Assembly: GCA_021779795.1 (NCBI GenBank)
Contig: JAJXZZ010000001.1
Coordinates: 1 to 40,723 of the forward strand
DNA length: 40,723 nucleotides
From: Acidobacteriota bacterium
GTDB lineage: Bacteria > Acidobacteriota > Vicinamibacteria > Vicinamibacterales > Fen-181
Direction: 5' to 3'
Shown: piece after piece, positions 38,863 through 40,723 of the stretch
Position numbering within the stretch: the stretch's first letter is position 1
Layout of the letters: each line of letters begins with the position of its first letter
Notes under the pieces: generated by a model
Told to the model about the DNA's origin: nothing
Databases searched by the model: none
What the model saw: only the letters and a program-made list of their open reading frames with translations
Translations under genes and position numbers: made by a program

Positions 38863-39666
38863 CGGGCGCCGCCAGGGGACGAACATCGGCACCCGCCGGC
38901 GGTACTCCCGGTAGGCCTCCCCGAAGTCGGCCACCAGATCGCGCTCCTCGAGCGTCGCGCCGATCACAATCCACGCGCTCCAGAGGACCGCCAGCTCGAG
39001 CCGGCCGGGGCCCATCCGCGGCGTCGCCCACAGCAGGACGATGACCGCGGCATAAATCGGATGGCGCACGAAGCGGAAGGGGCCGGCGACGACGAACGCC
39101 TTCGCGGGAAAGACGATCTCGGGGCGCGCGTCGGCGTCGCCTCCCCGAAGGTGCCGCCGGATGGGATCGAGGCCGAACGCGTCGAGCGTGTGCAGCGCGA
39201 GCGTGGCCCAGCCGAAGATCGCCAGCGCGAGAAGCGCGGCCGCGATCACCAGGACCCTCGCCGCGCCGTGCAGCGCGAACAGCGGCGGCTCCTCCACCTG
39301 CTGATAGAAGACGACGAAGCACGTCAGCGCGGCGCCCGCCGTGATGGCGTAGAAGGCACCGTCGTAGCGGGCCGGCACCACCGCCACCAGCCGCGCGCGG
39401 ACCCGCCGCCGCACCATCAGGCTGTGCTGCAGGAAGAAGACCAGCGACAGGAAGCCGTTCCACCAGAGCGCCGCCGCCGGCGACAGCCCCATCGGCACCA
39501 GCGTCACCCGCCCCGTCAACGCGAACAGCAGGAGCGATCCGCCGCCGAGGACGACGGCGACGGCCATCACCGCATAGTCGGCGAAACGCGCGGACCGCGG
39601 CAGCGGCGTCGATTGGGCGGTCCCGCGTCCGGCGGCGGTCGGCGGCACACTCGGCATTGTCGGCAT
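38812..39666 (-). CDS. membrane methyltransferase-family protein (ICMT/PEMT/NnrU-like)
   Basis: 284-aa track ORF with several TM helices. C-terminal motif GPFRFVRHPIY...LEERDL...FGEAYREYRRRVP. The 3' end overlaps the permease gene by 51 nt. Confidence 0.7.
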   Translation of the reverse strand: MPTMPSVPPTAAGRGTAQSTPLPRSARFADYAVMAVAVVLGGGSLLLFALTGRVTLVPMGLSPAAALWWNGFLSLVFFLQHSLMVRRRVRARLVAVVPARYDGAFYAITAGAALTCFVVFYQQVEEPPLFALHGAARVLVIAAALLALAIFGWATLALHTLDAFGLDPIRRHLRGGDADARPEIVFPAKAFVVAGPFRFVRHPIYAAVIVLLWATPRMGPGRLELAVLWSAWIVIGATLEERDLVADFGEAYREYRRRVPMFVPWRRPLPIRHGSPASQHHVDG

Positions 39667-39736
39667 GGATGACGACTATTGTAGACAGCCGGCCAACGGT
39701 CGCGCGAGCCGCGCGACGCGTGCGGACGGCGAAAGG

Positions 39737-39759
39737 GACGCCGCCACCGGGCGGGCGTC
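39737..39759 (-). terminator. GC hairpin 4 nt after the flavin reductase stop
   Basis: GACGCCGCC / GGCGGGCGTC gives 9 bp with one bulge and a 4-nt loop, followed on the minus strand by CCUUUCG. A second 8-bp hairpin GTCGCGCG-agc-CGCGCGAC lies at 39699-39717. Confidence 0.35.
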
Positions 39760-39763
39760 GCGG

Positions 39764-40306
39764 TCAGACGCCGGCCGGGAGCCTGGGCCGCATCGCCTTC
39801 CTTCGATCGATCCGGCGGCCGTCCACGATGAAGGTCCCGTCGCCCACCGCATGAAGCGTCCTCTTCTCGTTCCGGGAGCCGTCCACGTAAGCGGCCAGGC
39901 CTTCCAGCACGACGATGTGGTGCTTGCGGACGAGGTCGAGGACCCGGCATTCGATGTTGGCCAGGCACTCTCCGATGAGCGGCGCGCGGACGTGCCGGCC
40001 CTTCACGGGCGTCAGGCCGAACGTCGCGAACTTGTCGGTGTCGGCGCCCGAGCAGGTGCCCACGCCGACGACCGTGTCGATGAGGTCCGCGCCCGGGATC
40101 GCGATGACGCACTCGCGGCATCGCCTGAGCGCGGCATACGAGAAGTTCCACGGTCCGGTGGTGATGGCGAACGTCGGCGTGAAGTCCACCACCATCGTCC
40201 ACGAGATCGTCATGACGTTGTGCCGTCCACCGTCGCTCGTGGTGACGAAGACCACCGGGCCAGATTCGAGGAGGGTGAACGCCCTGGCGAGGCTCAGCTG
40301 CTTCAC
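39764..40306 (-). CDS. flavin reductase family protein (FMN-binding split barrel)
   Basis: 180-aa track ORF with a GTG start and AGGAGG 6 nt upstream. PVVFVTTSDGGRHNVMTISW is typical of flavin reductase-like domains. Confidence 0.8.
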   Translation of the reverse strand: MKQLSLARAFTLLESGPVVFVTTSDGGRHNVMTISWTMVVDFTPTFAITTGPWNFSYAALRRCRECVIAIPGADLIDTVVGVGTCSGADTDKFATFGLTPVKGRHVRAPLIGECLANIECRVLDLVRKHHIVVLEGLAAYVDGSRNEKRTLHAVGDGTFIVDGRRIDRRKAMRPRLPAGV

Positions 40307-40588
40307 GCGCGCCTCCTGTTCGCTCCTGCCTGTCGAGTGGCGCCTCGCCCGGCGACGCGCCGCAAGCGGGTGCGGCCCGGCATGGATCGCGCCGGCCCGG
40401 GCTTACTCCTGCCGGACGATATCGACCGAAAGCTCCGCCGCCGGAGTCGTTCCTCTGTTCTCGAGCCAGTGCGTGGTACGGCGGTCCTCGGGCCAGCCGA
40501 CCCCAGGCCCGTAGTCCGTCGCGAGCCCATCTCGATGGTCGGTGATCGTTCCCCTGCTCTCCGTGCGGTCTGGCCGCCTGACGCGTCG

Positions 40589-40723
40589 CTAATTATTCCC
40601 GTTCGCCATCTTCGCGCGTCGAACCAGCTCCTTCTCGCTCGGCTCGGCGCTCGCGAACGAACCGGGCCGGATCTCGCCGGCCGGCGCGTAGGCGCTCATG
40701 ACGACGCCGGTCGCCGACACCCG
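40589..40723 (-). CDS. 3' end of an unidentified gene (start beyond the window end)
   Basis: The minus-strand frame, open from position 40723, reads ...RVSATGVVMSAYAPAGEIRPGSFASAEPSEKELVRRAKMANGNN and stops at TAG 40591-40589. Composition is protein-like but there are only 44 codons. Confidence 0.3.
   Translation of the reverse strand, partial: RVSATGVVMSAYAPAGEIRPGSFASAEPSEKELVRRAKMANGNN

Noticed and set aside
40404-40591. A protein-like frame (…ITDHRDGLATDYGPGVGWPEDRRTTHWLENRGTTPAAELSVDIVRQE, stop TAA 40406-40404) continues in frame after the TAG at 40589-40591 of the partial upstream gene. It could be stop-codon read-through or a disrupted gene.
   Set aside because: There is no ATG/GTG/TTG start in that frame, it is only ~60 codons long, no motif is recognisable, and a chance open frame is plausible at this GC content. 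The overlapping track ORF 40303..40530 is Arg-rich junk.
1-40723. Many very long ORFs in the track on the opposite strand or out of frame relative to the genes I call. Examples: 412..2076+, 2949..5660+, 5462..8107-, 6034..8142+, 8304..10169+, 15995..17755-, 16072..17787+, 18140..20158-, 18331..20142+, 21790..23691-, 21831..23750+, 25821..26738-, 26063..27355+, 27280..28779+, 28547..31786+, 29781..31571-, 31702..34434+, 35443..36267-, 36072..37742-.
   Set aside because: Their translations are dominated by Arg/Pro/Gly/Ala/His with no recognisable motifs. They overlap genes that have clear family signatures. Stop-free shadow frames are expected in DNA this GC-rich.
1-40723. Mobile elements, prophage, defence islands, toxin-antitoxin pairs, tRNA/rRNA genes and riboswitches.
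   Set aside because: I saw no integrase, transposase or recombinase motifs, no long terminal repeats, no cloverleaf-like segments in the intergenic gaps, and no recognisable riboswitch cores upstream of kbl or the transporters. The search was by eye only, so small RNAs cannot be excluded.

Overview
Very GC-rich bacterial chromosomal segment. Third codon positions are almost always G/C, so the ORF track is full of long Arg/Pro/Gly/Ala-rich antisense shadow ORFs. I support about 32 protein-coding genes. I recognised no rRNA, tRNA, CRISPR array, transposase, integrase or phage gene. The gene content (VWA protein of the acidobacterial TIGR03436 type, YncE-propeller::phosphoesterase fusion, MprF, sigma54 two-component pair) suggests an Acidobacteriota-like soil organism; this is inference only. 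Layout, left to right: HEAT-repeat protein (partial, missing from the track), SDR, propeller-phosphoesterase, MprF, histidine kinase plus NtrC-type regulator, small secreted protein, ACT protein, OmpA lipoprotein plus VWA protein, small membrane protein, Kbl. Next is an acyl-thioester neighbourhood: ACS-type ligase plus DltC-like carrier protein, CoA-transferase::Pat-type GNAT fusion, CoA-acylating aldehyde dehydrogenase. Then aconitase, VOC, DinB and an SGNH-like protein. Then an 8-gene minus-strand operon (25853-35384): two class-III aminotransferases, P5CDH-like ALDH, CoA-transferase A/B, AstE/M14-like deacylase, C69 dipeptidase, YfcC transporter. It is divergent from pcaR-pcaF-APC permease. 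The window ends with an ICMT-like methyltransferase and a flavin reductase. Two things stand out. (1) The beta-ketoadipate lower pathway (PcaR-like regulator, PcaR-box-like palindrome, CoA-transferase, PcaF-like thiolase) is wired to amine- and peptide-processing enzymes rather than aromatic ring-cleavage genes. This suggests an undescribed diamino-acid/peptide to 3-oxoadipate catabolic route. (2) A family of period-7 (heptanucleotide) tandem arrays with several different unit sequences sits at gene boundaries, often within a few nt of stop codons. Where complementary units face each other they form long hairpins. All functional calls come from reading motifs by eye; no database search was possible.
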